A stretch of 64,000 nt of DNA from Longimicrobiales bacterium (GTDB lineage Bacteria; Gemmatimonadota; Gemmatimonadetes; Longimicrobiales; Gaopeijiaceae): positions 3,776,001 through 3,840,000 of the forward strand of contig OZ250165.1 of assembly GCA_965238005.1 (NCBI GenBank). Direction: 5' to 3'. The translations under genes and the position numbers were made by a program. Under the pieces are notes generated by a model that searched no databases, was not told where the DNA came from, and saw only the letters and a list, made by a program, of their open reading frames with translations. The first letter of the stretch is position 1. Every line of letters begins with the position of its first letter. Below are positions 56,118 to 64,000 of the stretch, one piece after another.

Positions 56118-57121
56118 TAGGCCGCCGCGTCTTCGAAGGTCATAACGGTGAGAAGCCATTCCTCGACGTGATGCTCGTCCGAGAGTGAGCTCGCCTTGAG
56201 CAGCCGGTCCACCCGGAGGAGTCCGAGAATCCCTTCTCGGATCGCCGCCGAGCTCCAGCCGTCGGCCTGCCGCGCGATCTGCCGGGACAGCCACTTCTGG
56301 TGCGGAGGGAGCACCTGCTCGAGAGCCGCCTGCCCCTGCTCCACCGCGATGCCGATCCGGAGAAGGTGGGTGGCGAGGCCCACGGTGAGGCCAACCCCGC
56401 TCTCGCCCTGGGCCAGCAGGAGACGAAGTCCCCGTAACGCCTCGTCGAACTTCCGGCCGCCCACGAGGTCGAACCAGTGCCAGCGGTCCTGTTTGGGGAG
56501 GACGCTCCCGGCGGTGCGCACGTGCTCGACGGTGATGCGCTCGCCCTCGCCGGCGAAGCCCGCCAGCTTCTCCAGCTCCCGCGACAGGATTCCGAGATCG
56601 GTTCCGATCCCGTGGGCGAGAGCCCGCGCCGCATCGGGCTCGAGCGTCATGCCGAAGCGCGCATGCGCCTGCCCCATGAGCCATCCGGGTGCGTCGTCCG
56701 CGGTGATGGCGGAGAACTCTGCGGACCGGGCGACCTTCTTGAGCCGGGTGTAGAACTTGGCCTTGGAGCCGCTGGGGATGCGCGCCGTGAGGATGAGGGT
56801 GAGATCGGGCGGTGGGGACTCGGCCAGGCCCAACACGAGATCACGAGCCCGGGCGGCCCCGGCAAAGGCTTCCGTTCCCCTGACAACCACCACCCGCCAC
56901 TCGGCCATCATGGGAGGCGTTGCAACGATGCGGGCCAGATCCTCGACGTTCACCTCCGAGCCCTGAAGAACGTCCAGGTTGAAGTCCTTTGTGGACTGGT
57001 CGAGGTGGGCGTCCAAGAGTTCCTTTACGGCCTCTCCCTTGCGGTGCTCGTCTTCGCCCCAAAGGAAGAAAACCCCGCCCCGGGATCCCTGCTCGAGGGC
57101 CTTCCGGAGGGGGCTCGTCAA
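56117..57121 (-). CDS. holA: DNA polymerase III delta subunit
   Basis: FFLWGEDE, DFNLDVL, TPPMMAEWRVVVV, GTDLG.LSRELEKL, DRLLK. Confidence 0.92.
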   Translation of the reverse strand: MTSPLRKALEQGSRGGVFFLWGEDEHRKGEAVKELLDAHLDQSTKDFNLDVLQGSEVNVEDLARIVATPPMMAEWRVVVVRGTEAFAGAARARDLVLGLAESPPPDLTLILTARIPSGSKAKFYTRLKKVARSAEFSAITADDAPGWLMGQAHARFGMTLEPDAARALAHGIGTDLGILSRELEKLAGFAGEGERITVEHVRTAGSVLPKQDRWHWFDLVGGRKFDEALRGLRLLLAQGESGVGLTVGLATHLLRIGIAVEQGQAALEQVLPPHQKWLSRQIARQADGWSSAAIREGILGLLRVDRLLKASSLSDEHHVEEWLLTVMTFEDAAA

Positions 57122-57155
57122 TGCATTGCCCGGGTTGTCATCGGCTCCGGTGCAT

Positions 57156-57704
57156 TCAGTCGAGGCCCGTTCGTCGGAGCACCGAGTTGTTCCGGTACCG
57201 CTCGCCCATGGGAGAGTACTCGTAGAGCAACGTGTTGGGATCGGACCAGAGTCCGCTCCCCAGGTTGACGGGCGACCCGACGGGAAATCCCAGGACGTCC
57301 GTGGGGAACAGAGGCGCCGGCCCCGGCGGACCCGATACGATGATGGCCGGGAGGCTCACCTCGGGAGTGGCGCGCCACACGGAGGGGTACCAGGCGATGA
57401 TGGTGAGGAGAATGGCCATTCCCACGGCAGCCGCCACCGGCACGGCTGAAGCGCTGGTCGCATGAGCCGCCCCATCCCAATCGTCGATGTGGAAGAGCCG
57501 GTGTTGGAGACGGGGACGGAAGGACTCGGGCAGCTCCATCCGGGGCGCGCCTTGGAGGAGCTTCACCCCCCGAGAGACGACCTGCTCGTAGCGGGCGCAC
57601 TTCTCGCAGTCCCCCATATGGGCCTCCGCATCCCTTCGAATGGGCGCGCCCAGAGGAGCGTCATAGAATTCGGAAAAGCGACCGAGAAACTCCGAGCAAT
57701 CCAT
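57156..57704 (-). CDS. Membrane-bound ZAS anti-sigma factor
   Basis: MDCSEFL...HMGDCEKC (HxxxCxxC), one TM; downstream of an ECF sigma. Confidence 0.85.
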   Translation of the reverse strand: MDCSEFLGRFSEFYDAPLGAPIRRDAEAHMGDCEKCARYEQVVSRGVKLLQGAPRMELPESFRPRLQHRLFHIDDWDGAAHATSASAVPVAAAVGMAILLTIIAWYPSVWRATPEVSLPAIIVSGPPGPAPLFPTDVLGFPVGSPVNLGSGLWSDPNTLLYEYSPMGERYRNNSVLRRTGLD

Positions 57705-57835
57705 GGTGCCGAGCAGTCTCCTGTCCTGATACTCCCAGTCCGACATCATACGTCGAGGTGGAATATTACGTAGAGTGGTATCACGGTGTTCCCTCTCCAC
57801 GGGGTTGGTACAGGAGGGAGTGGATCAGGTTCCGG

Positions 57836-57880
57836 AAAAGCAGGAGGCCCCCGGCGACCTAAGTCGGCGGAGGCCTCCCC
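57836..57880 (-). terminator. GC-rich hairpin after the ECF sigma gene
   Basis: GGAGGCC..CG.CGAC-CTAA-GTCG.CG..GGCCTCC stem followed by TGCTTTT on the minus strand. Confidence 0.5.
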
Positions 57881-57934
57881 TTTCTCCCTGGTCGGCCCGC
57901 ATCGATTCACTCTGTGCGGAACGCTCCTAGCGCA

Positions 57935-58576
57935 CTACTCCAGGGAGGGTCCGATCAGTCGGGCGAAGTTGTTACGCGCCCGGTTCAATCGACTCTTCAC
58001 GGTCCCCAGGTTGCACCCGGTGATCTCTGCGATCTCCTCGTACGTCTTGCCCTCGAGCTCACGGAGCACGAAGACGATTCGGTGATGCTCCGGCAGCTCC
58101 ACCACCGCCTTCTCCACGAGCTCCTTCAGGAAGCGCTTGCGATAGAGGTCGTCGGGCTTGAAGGACGAGTCCTCCCACTCCAGCGGACGGTGGTCGGCTT
58201 CCCAGTTCTTCCGGATCGTCTGGAAGAGCACGAGCGGGTTGCGGGATCGGTTCCGCAGCTCGTTCTTGGCCAGGTTCCCGGCGATGGTGTAGATCCACGT
58301 CGAGAACTTCTTGGTCTGGTCGAAGCGGTGCATGTGGCGGTACACCCGGACAAAGGTCTCCTGGACCAGGTCCTGGCCGCGCTCCCTGTCACCTACCGTA
58401 CGGTAGACGAAGTTGAGTAGCCGTCCGTCGTAGCGCTTGACCAGCTCTCCGAACGCGCGCTCGTCACCCGCGAGGAAGGCCCGGACGACTTCGCTGTCGC
58501 CCAGCTGTCCGAGCATCTTGCGATGCTCTTTTGCCGCCCCCCCGGGCACGACCTGTAGTTTCGCTACTTCCGTCAC
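57935..58576 (-). CDS. ECF sigma factor (RpoE/SigW-like)
   Basis: GDERAFGELV, DLVQETFVR, FSTWIYTIA.N, YEEIAEI...GTVKSRLNRAR. Confidence 0.95.
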   Translation of the reverse strand: MTEVAKLQVVPGGAAKEHRKMLGQLGDSEVVRAFLAGDERAFGELVKRYDGRLLNFVYRTVGDRERGQDLVQETFVRVYRHMHRFDQTKKFSTWIYTIAGNLAKNELRNRSRNPLVLFQTIRKNWEADHRPLEWEDSSFKPDDLYRKRFLKELVEKAVVELPEHHRIVFVLRELEGKTYEEIAEITGCNLGTVKSRLNRARNNFARLIGPSLE

Positions 58577-58798
58577 CTCTTTACCCCCGCTTCACGGGTG
58601 CGCACCAACCCCTGCGAGAATCGCCGCAGGTTCCGTGCCACCCCCGAGATCGCCTCAAAACAGGCCGATCCCTACCATATCTGCACTTCTTCCGTCCCAC
58701 AATAAGGACGTGTCATGTCACGATCGCGACACACCCCACGATCAGGCCGCCGGACAAAGGGCCCCACCCGGCCAACCGTACCCGTCACCACTATGGGA

Positions 58799-58824
58799 TA
58801 CGTGGACCGGAGCGGGGCGTTGCA
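58799..58824 (-). promoter_or_regulatory. ECF-type promoter TGCAAC-N16-CGTA
   Basis: One mismatch from the SigW-type consensus TGAAAC-N16-CGTA; correctly oriented upstream of the sigma gene. Confidence 0.6.
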
Positions 58825-58894
58825 ATGGGACGCGGAATGGGCAAGAAGTCAGGCCCCGGGGAGACCCCAGGCGGCCGGATCCCGGGCACACCGC

Positions 58895-60256
58895 TCAGGA
58901 AGCCTCTTCTACCTCCACCGGTCCCAGGCCGAGGTCCTCCAGAGGACCGCGGACCACCTTGGCGTCCCCCCCGACCAGCACGGTGATCTCATCAGGCCGG
59001 ATGCACCGGCGCGCGGCGTCCAGAGCCTGGTCACGTGTGACCTCGCGGATCCGGTCCCGGTAGGTGGCATGGTAGTCGTGGGGGAGGTCGTAGATGATCA
59101 GCTCCGAGATCCGGGACGCGATCTGCCCCGTGGTCTCGAGCCGCAGGGGGAAGACGCCCGCCATGTAGTCCCGGGACGCCTCCACCTCTTCATCGGTGGG
59201 CCCGTCTGAGAGAAGGCCATCCACCTCGCTCACCGCTTCCCGGACGGCGTCCGCCGTCACCTCGGTGCCCACGGCGGTGGAGATGGTCCAGGGCCCCGCG
59301 TCACGCCGGAAGGAAAACCCCGAGCGCACACCATACGTGAAGCCGTTGTGCTCTCGGAGATTCAGGTTCAGGCGGCTCGTAAAGGCCCCGCCGAGGATGG
59401 TGTTGAACACCAGGAGCGGGAAGTAGTCCGGCGTGGAGCGCGGCTGTCCCACGTGCCCGATGCGGATCTCGGACTGGACGGCGTCGGGACGGTCGACGAT
59501 CACCACCCTCTGCTCGCGGGCCCTGGGCTCCGCCTCGAATCCGTTCCGGGGGGGCACGTTCCCCCGCCAGTCGCCGAAGCAGCGCTGGGCCAGGACCTTC
59601 GTCTCGTCCAGATCCACGTCACCCACCACCACCAGTCCCGCGCTCCCGGGGCGGTAGCGGGCTTCCACGAAGCCGGCAGCCGCCTCGGGACCGAAGGGGG
59701 TCACAGACTCCACGTTACCCCCGAGGGGGCGCCCGTACGGAATCCCCTCGGCGTAGGTCAGCCGATGGGCCGCGTCGGTGGCGATGCTGGCCGGATCCAT
59801 CTTGCGCTGCTGAATGGCAGCCAGGTGTTGCCCCCGCACCCGGTCCACCTCGTCGGCGGGGAAGCCCGGGCGAAGCACGACCTCGGCCAGGATGCTCATG
59901 GCCTCGTCCAGCCGGTCCGGGAGGCACGAGAGACAGATGGTGGTGGCGTCCCACCCGGTCCGCACGGAGAGCCCGGCGCCGAGGGACTCCAACGCCTCTG
60001 CCAGCTCGGCCCCAGACCGCGCTACGGTCCCTCCGTCCAGCGAGTCGCCGGTGAGCACGGCCAGCCCGGCCCGGTCCTCGCTCAGCGTGGCCTCACCGGC
60101 ATCCAGCACCAGGCTCACCGCGACGATGGGGAGCCTGTGGGTCTGGACCGAGCGCATCTCGAGACCGTTGTCGAAGCGATGGGTCTGTACGGGCGGAAAG
60201 TCGAAGCGGCGGATGGCCCCGGGGGCTGGGGCGGAGACACGTTGGGTGTGGCTCAC
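58895..60256 (-). CDS. M16B peptidase, non-catalytic subunit
   Basis: No HxxEH; AVQSEIRIG, LGGAFTSRLNLNLREHNGFTYG (R/Y pair). Confidence 0.9.
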   Translation of the reverse strand: MSHTQRVSAPAPGAIRRFDFPPVQTHRFDNGLEMRSVQTHRLPIVAVSLVLDAGEATLSEDRAGLAVLTGDSLDGGTVARSGAELAEALESLGAGLSVRTGWDATTICLSCLPDRLDEAMSILAEVVLRPGFPADEVDRVRGQHLAAIQQRKMDPASIATDAAHRLTYAEGIPYGRPLGGNVESVTPFGPEAAAGFVEARYRPGSAGLVVVGDVDLDETKVLAQRCFGDWRGNVPPRNGFEAEPRAREQRVVIVDRPDAVQSEIRIGHVGQPRSTPDYFPLLVFNTILGGAFTSRLNLNLREHNGFTYGVRSGFSFRRDAGPWTISTAVGTEVTADAVREAVSEVDGLLSDGPTDEEVEASRDYMAGVFPLRLETTGQIASRISELIIYDLPHDYHATYRDRIREVTRDQALDAARRCIRPDEITVLVGGDAKVVRGPLEDLGLGPVEVEEAS

Positions 60257-61545
60257 GAGGCCTCCTTGGCTCGTGGCTCGTCTGTGGCCGGTATGTAGGC
60301 CAGGACCGCCCGGTTACTGGGTCCCAGGAAGCCCCTGGTGAACTCCGAGACCTGAGCCGGCGTCACGGCGCGCATGCGCTCCAGCTCGCTATTCAGGCGG
60401 CCCGGGTCGTCGAAGAACTGGTCGAACATGGAGAGTAGGTCGGCCCGCTCCCCCACCCGCTGGATCTGACGGACGAGGTGGGTCTCGGTGAGGGCGATGG
60501 CTCGCTGGATCTCCTCCTCCCGTACCGACTCGAGCCCCTCGAGCTCGTCGGCCAGAGCCGCCTCCAGCTCGGCGGGATCGGATCCGGGGAAGCCGGTGGC
60601 CCACACCAGGAGCATGCCCGCGCCGGTGGTGAGCGGGAAGGTGTGGCTCACCACGTCCTTCGCCAACCTTCCCTCGCGCACGAGAGAGCGGTAGAGCCGC
60701 GACGCCCTGCCTGACCCCGCCACGGCACTCGCCACGTCGGCGGCGTAAAACACCGGATCGGTGTAAGGGGGGATGCGGAAGGCCATGAGGACCCTGGGGA
60801 GGGGCACTTCCGCTTCCACCCGCTCCCGGACCGTGGAGCCGATCGTTGGGCTCAGCTCCGCCTCTCCCGCCATGGGCGGGATCTCGCCACCTCGGGGAAT
60901 CTCGCCGAAGTGCCGCTCGATCATCTCCAGGGCCTCGTCCTCGTTGAAGTCCCCGCACAACGTGAGGACCGCGTTGTTGGGCACGTAGAACGTCTCGAAG
61001 AACTCGGCCACGTCTTCCAGGGTGGCCGCCTCGATGTCGTCCATGGAGCCGATCACCGTGTGGTGGTAAGGATGGGCCTCGGGGTAGACCATGGCCTGGA
61101 TCCACTCGTCCCAGTCTCCGTAGGGCTGGTTGTCGCAGCGCTGGCGCTTCTCGTTCATGACCACGTCGCGCTGGTTGTCCAGCTTCTCCTGGGTCATGGC
61201 CGGAAGCATCCAACCCATCCGGTCGGACTCGAGCCAGAGCGCCAGCTCGAGTTGATGGGACGGCACCGTCTCGAAGTAGTTCGTGCGGTCGAACCAGGTC
61301 GTAGCGTTGAGGGTCCCTCCGGCCCTCTCGACGAACTCGAAGTGGCGGTTCTTGGGTACGTGCTCCGAGCCCTGGAACATCATGTGCTCGAAGAGATGCG
61401 CGAAGCCCGTCTTCCCGGGGCGCTCGTTCCGCGACCCCACGGCGTACCAGAGGTTCACGGCCACCACGGGCGTGGAGGGATCGTGGGAGAGGTTGACACG
61501 GAGGCCGTTGTCCAGTGTGAAGCGCTCGACAGGTATAGACAGCAT
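60253..61545 (-). CDS. M16B peptidase, catalytic subunit
   Basis: GFAHLFEHMMF (HxxEH), NATTWFDRTNY, LESDRM. Confidence 0.94.
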   Translation of the reverse strand: MLSIPVERFTLDNGLRVNLSHDPSTPVVAVNLWYAVGSRNERPGKTGFAHLFEHMMFQGSEHVPKNRHFEFVERAGGTLNATTWFDRTNYFETVPSHQLELALWLESDRMGWMLPAMTQEKLDNQRDVVMNEKRQRCDNQPYGDWDEWIQAMVYPEAHPYHHTVIGSMDDIEAATLEDVAEFFETFYVPNNAVLTLCGDFNEDEALEMIERHFGEIPRGGEIPPMAGEAELSPTIGSTVRERVEAEVPLPRVLMAFRIPPYTDPVFYAADVASAVAGSGRASRLYRSLVREGRLAKDVVSHTFPLTTGAGMLLVWATGFPGSDPAELEAALADELEGLESVREEEIQRAIALTETHLVRQIQRVGERADLLSMFDQFFDDPGRLNSELERMRAVTPAQVSEFTRGFLGPSNRAVLAYIPATDEPRAKEAS

Positions 61546-61574
61546 ATAGGTAGTCGCTCCTCGAGCGGTCAGGA

Positions 61575-63149
61575 CTAGGGTGCGTCGTCCATCACCGTCG
61601 GATCGGTGAGTAGAGTCACGGAACCCAACCCCAACCCCTCGAGGCCCTCTTGGATCGTCGCGCGATCACCGGCGATGACGATGACCATCTCGTCCGGATC
61701 CAGGTACTCGACGGCCACGCGCCGTACGTCCTCGGCCGTGACCTCCATCACACGCTCTACGTACGTCTCGTAGTAGTCGTCGGCAAGATCGTTCAGCACC
61801 TGGTCGGCGATCTGCGCGGCCACGCTCCCCACGGTCTCGAACCGCTGGGGAAGCCGCAACGTCAGGTACTTGCGCGCCCGGTCCAGCTCCGCGTCCCCTA
61901 CGGGCTCCTCGCCGAGGCGCCTCAGCTCCCGGAGGAACTCCACCACGGCCGAGTCCGTGACCGGCGTGTTCACGGCGGCCCGGGCCACGAACGGCCCCGG
62001 CTCGCGCCGCATAGAGAAGCCGGAAGTGGCCCCGTAGGTGTAGCCCTTGTCCTCACGGAGGTTGCTGTTCAGCCGGCTCGTGAAGGACCCACCCAGGATC
62101 GTGTTCATGACCATGAGCGGGAAGTAGTCGGGCGTGCCCCGGTCCACGGCCACCCGGCCAATGCGGATCTCCGACTGTGCGGCGCCCGGCTTGTCCACCA
62201 CGTAGATGGCCAGGCCGTCCAGGGTCCGAGGAGCCTGCTCGACCAAGCCCGATCCCTCGCCGGAGGGCAGGGAGCTCAGAGCGGCCTCGAGCTGCTCCTC
62301 CAGCTCCTCCCGGTCCACGTCGCCCACCACCACCACCGACACGTTGCCGGCCCTGAACGTCTGCTTGTACAGCTCTACCAGATCGGAGCGCTCCACCAGC
62401 TGCAGGGCGGCCTCCGTCCCCAGGAGGGGCACCCCGTACGGGCTGCCAGGCTCGTAGAGCTGGTCTGCGAAGGCGTTGTCGGCCAGCTCCCGGGCCTCGT
62501 CGCGTGTCTGCAGGATGCGCGTGATCCGCAGCCGTCTCACACGATCGATCTCGGCCTCGGCGAAGGCCGGGTTCAGCACTACGTCGGCCAGGAGCTCCAG
62601 GACCTCATCCAGCCGGGGCTTCAGAACTCCCACGCGAACCACCGAGCCGTCCCGCCCCACACCGGTGGACAGGCTGGCTCCGAGACGCTCCATCTCTTCA
62701 GCCAGCTCCACGGCGCTTCGGGTGGTGGTCCCCTCGTCCAGCATGTCGGCCAGGAGCGCACCGAGCCCGGGGGTGCCCACCCGGCCTCCTCCTCCGATGT
62801 GGACCTCGACGCTGACGATGGGGAGGTCGTGATCCTCCACCACGTGGACCGGCAGGCCGTTGGACAGCTCGAAAACCTGGCGCTCCGGCACGCTCATGGA
62901 CGGCGGAGAGCCCACCGAGGGAGGAACGCTGCGGTCGAAGCTCGCCTGCCGGTCCTCTTCGTCCCGGTCGACGCCGATGCTCATGGATCCACCGCGAGCG
63001 CCTCCCGAGGCTCTCACCGAGCACCCCGCCAACCCGGTCACTACCGCCAAGCCGATCATCGTCCTAATGCGACTCCTGTATGGTCTGCGCCATCGTGGTC
63101 CGATCCCGTCCGGCCCAGGACTACTCCCGTCCGACCCAGGACTAGCCAT
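61575..63149 (-). CDS. M16B peptidase, non-catalytic subunit, probable lipoprotein
   Basis: LAGC lipobox; no HxxEH; LGGSFTSRLNSNLREDKGYTYG. Start may be 63059. Confidence 0.87.
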   Translation of the reverse strand: MASPGSDGSSPGPDGIGPRWRRPYRSRIRTMIGLAVVTGLAGCSVRASGGARGGSMSIGVDRDEEDRQASFDRSVPPSVGSPPSMSVPERQVFELSNGLPVHVVEDHDLPIVSVEVHIGGGGRVGTPGLGALLADMLDEGTTTRSAVELAEEMERLGASLSTGVGRDGSVVRVGVLKPRLDEVLELLADVVLNPAFAEAEIDRVRRLRITRILQTRDEARELADNAFADQLYEPGSPYGVPLLGTEAALQLVERSDLVELYKQTFRAGNVSVVVVGDVDREELEEQLEAALSSLPSGEGSGLVEQAPRTLDGLAIYVVDKPGAAQSEIRIGRVAVDRGTPDYFPLMVMNTILGGSFTSRLNSNLREDKGYTYGATSGFSMRREPGPFVARAAVNTPVTDSAVVEFLRELRRLGEEPVGDAELDRARKYLTLRLPQRFETVGSVAAQIADQVLNDLADDYYETYVERVMEVTAEDVRRVAVEYLDPDEMVIVIAGDRATIQEGLEGLGLGSVTLLTDPTVMDDAP

Positions 63150-64000
63150 TCCCGCCCCCCTCCGGAACGGCCAGGTCCGTCCTTCCCCGGGGCACCACGG
63201 AGAGCACTACCCCGTGCGCCCCCACCAGGTAGTCGCGGCCGTGCTCCCTCACGCTCTCGCCCGACACCCGGCCGTAGCGGCCGAAGTCTCGGCGCACGAA
63301 GCCGGGATTGCCAGTGAGGAAGTAGTACTCGTTCAGGCGCTCGGCCTTGCCGTGGAAGCCGCCGCCCCGCTCGAGGGCCTGCACGAAGCCGGTCTCGATT
63401 TGATTGAGCGACCGCTCCATCTCCACTTCTCTGGCACCGCCGTCCACGAGGCTGTTGATCTCCTCCCGGACCGCTTGTTCCAGGTCCTCCAGGGACCCCT
63501 CGGGCTTGGCCGTGACGATGACGACGAACTGCGATCCGATCTCGCTCGGACTCTGGAACGCGCTCACGTCCTGAGCCACCTGCTCTTCCAGGACCAGACG
63601 GCGGTAGAGCCGGGAGCTCTTGCCCTCGGCCAGGATGGAGCCCAGAACCTCCATGTTGGCGTCTCCCTGGCTGAAGGCTTCCGGCGAGTGCCACGCCATG
63701 TAGAGCCGAGGGAGCTGCACATCGTCCTCCAGCACCACGTAGCGGTCGGACGAGAGCGTGGGGTCGGGGACCTCCACCTCGGGGACGGGCAGGCCAACTG
63801 GGATGTCCCCGAAATACTTCTCGGCCAGCTCCCGGACCTCCGAGACCCGCACGTCGCCGGCGACCGCCAGGCTGGCGTTGTTGGGGGCGTAGTACGTTTT
63901 GAAGAACTCACTCACGTCTTTCAGGGTGGCCGCGCTCAGGTCCTCCATATAGCCGATGACGGGCCAATGGTACGGGTGGTCCTCGGGGTACAGATTCGCC
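63142..64000 (-). CDS. M16B peptidase, probably a catalytic subunit; 5' end outside the window
   Basis: HPYHWPVIGYMEDL, YYAPNNA, GKSSRLYRRLV; parallels the C-terminal part of 60253-61545. Confidence 0.88.
   Translation of the reverse strand, partial: ANLYPEDHPYHWPVIGYMEDLSAATLKDVSEFFKTYYAPNNASLAVAGDVRVSEVRELAEKYFGDIPVGLPVPEVEVPDPTLSSDRYVVLEDDVQLPRLYMAWHSPEAFSQGDANMEVLGSILAEGKSSRLYRRLVLEEQVAQDVSAFQSPSEIGSQFVVIVTAKPEGSLEDLEQAVREEINSLVDGGAREVEMERSLNQIETGFVQALERGGGFHGKAERLNEYYFLTGNPGFVRRDFGRYGRVSGESVREHGRDYLVGAHGVVLSVVPRGRTDLAVPEGGGNG

Noticed and set aside
1..64000. tRNA, rRNA or prophage genes
   Set aside because: No cloverleaf, rRNA-like tract or phage structural gene was recognised by eye.

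Overview
GC-rich bacterial window. The gene content (ADOP-type permease remnant, TonB, tandem M16 peptidases, EF-G paralog) suggests Gemmatimonadota, but that is an inference and no marker gene is present. About 1-32 kb is an accessory redox/metabolic region: poxB, two MOSC proteins, cytochrome P460, TSUP, dodecin, ECF/anti-sigma, a disulfide oxidoreductase, patatin, fadE, a flavodoxin-fold protein, malic enzyme, an OgdA-like ThDP enzyme plus ALDH, thiolase, M20 peptidase, a GHKL ATPase and a deacetylase. It is heavily eroded, with IS5 and IS110 relics, in-frame stops, frameshifts and internally deleted genes. About 32-64 kb is mostly core minus-strand genes (queA, ruvCAB, yebC, EF-G paralog, rhomboid, ddl, cbs, tonB, mutS, holA, ECF/anti-sigma, four M16 peptidases) with an inserted frdABCD/DinB/vapBC block. 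The most unusual signals are: (1) a ~360-bp mosaic at 18590-18946 built from five 44-125 bp pieces, each a diverged homolog of a different gene elsewhere in the island; (2) a receiver-TM-SPOR chimeric gene formed between its two parent genes; (3) two parS-like perfect palindromes; (4) a chain of ATGA-coupled mini-ORFs between ruvA and ruvB; (5) a 39-bp motif shared by two upstream regions; (6) a CTAG-bounded MITE. All identities were counted by eye and family calls come from recalled motifs; no database search was run.
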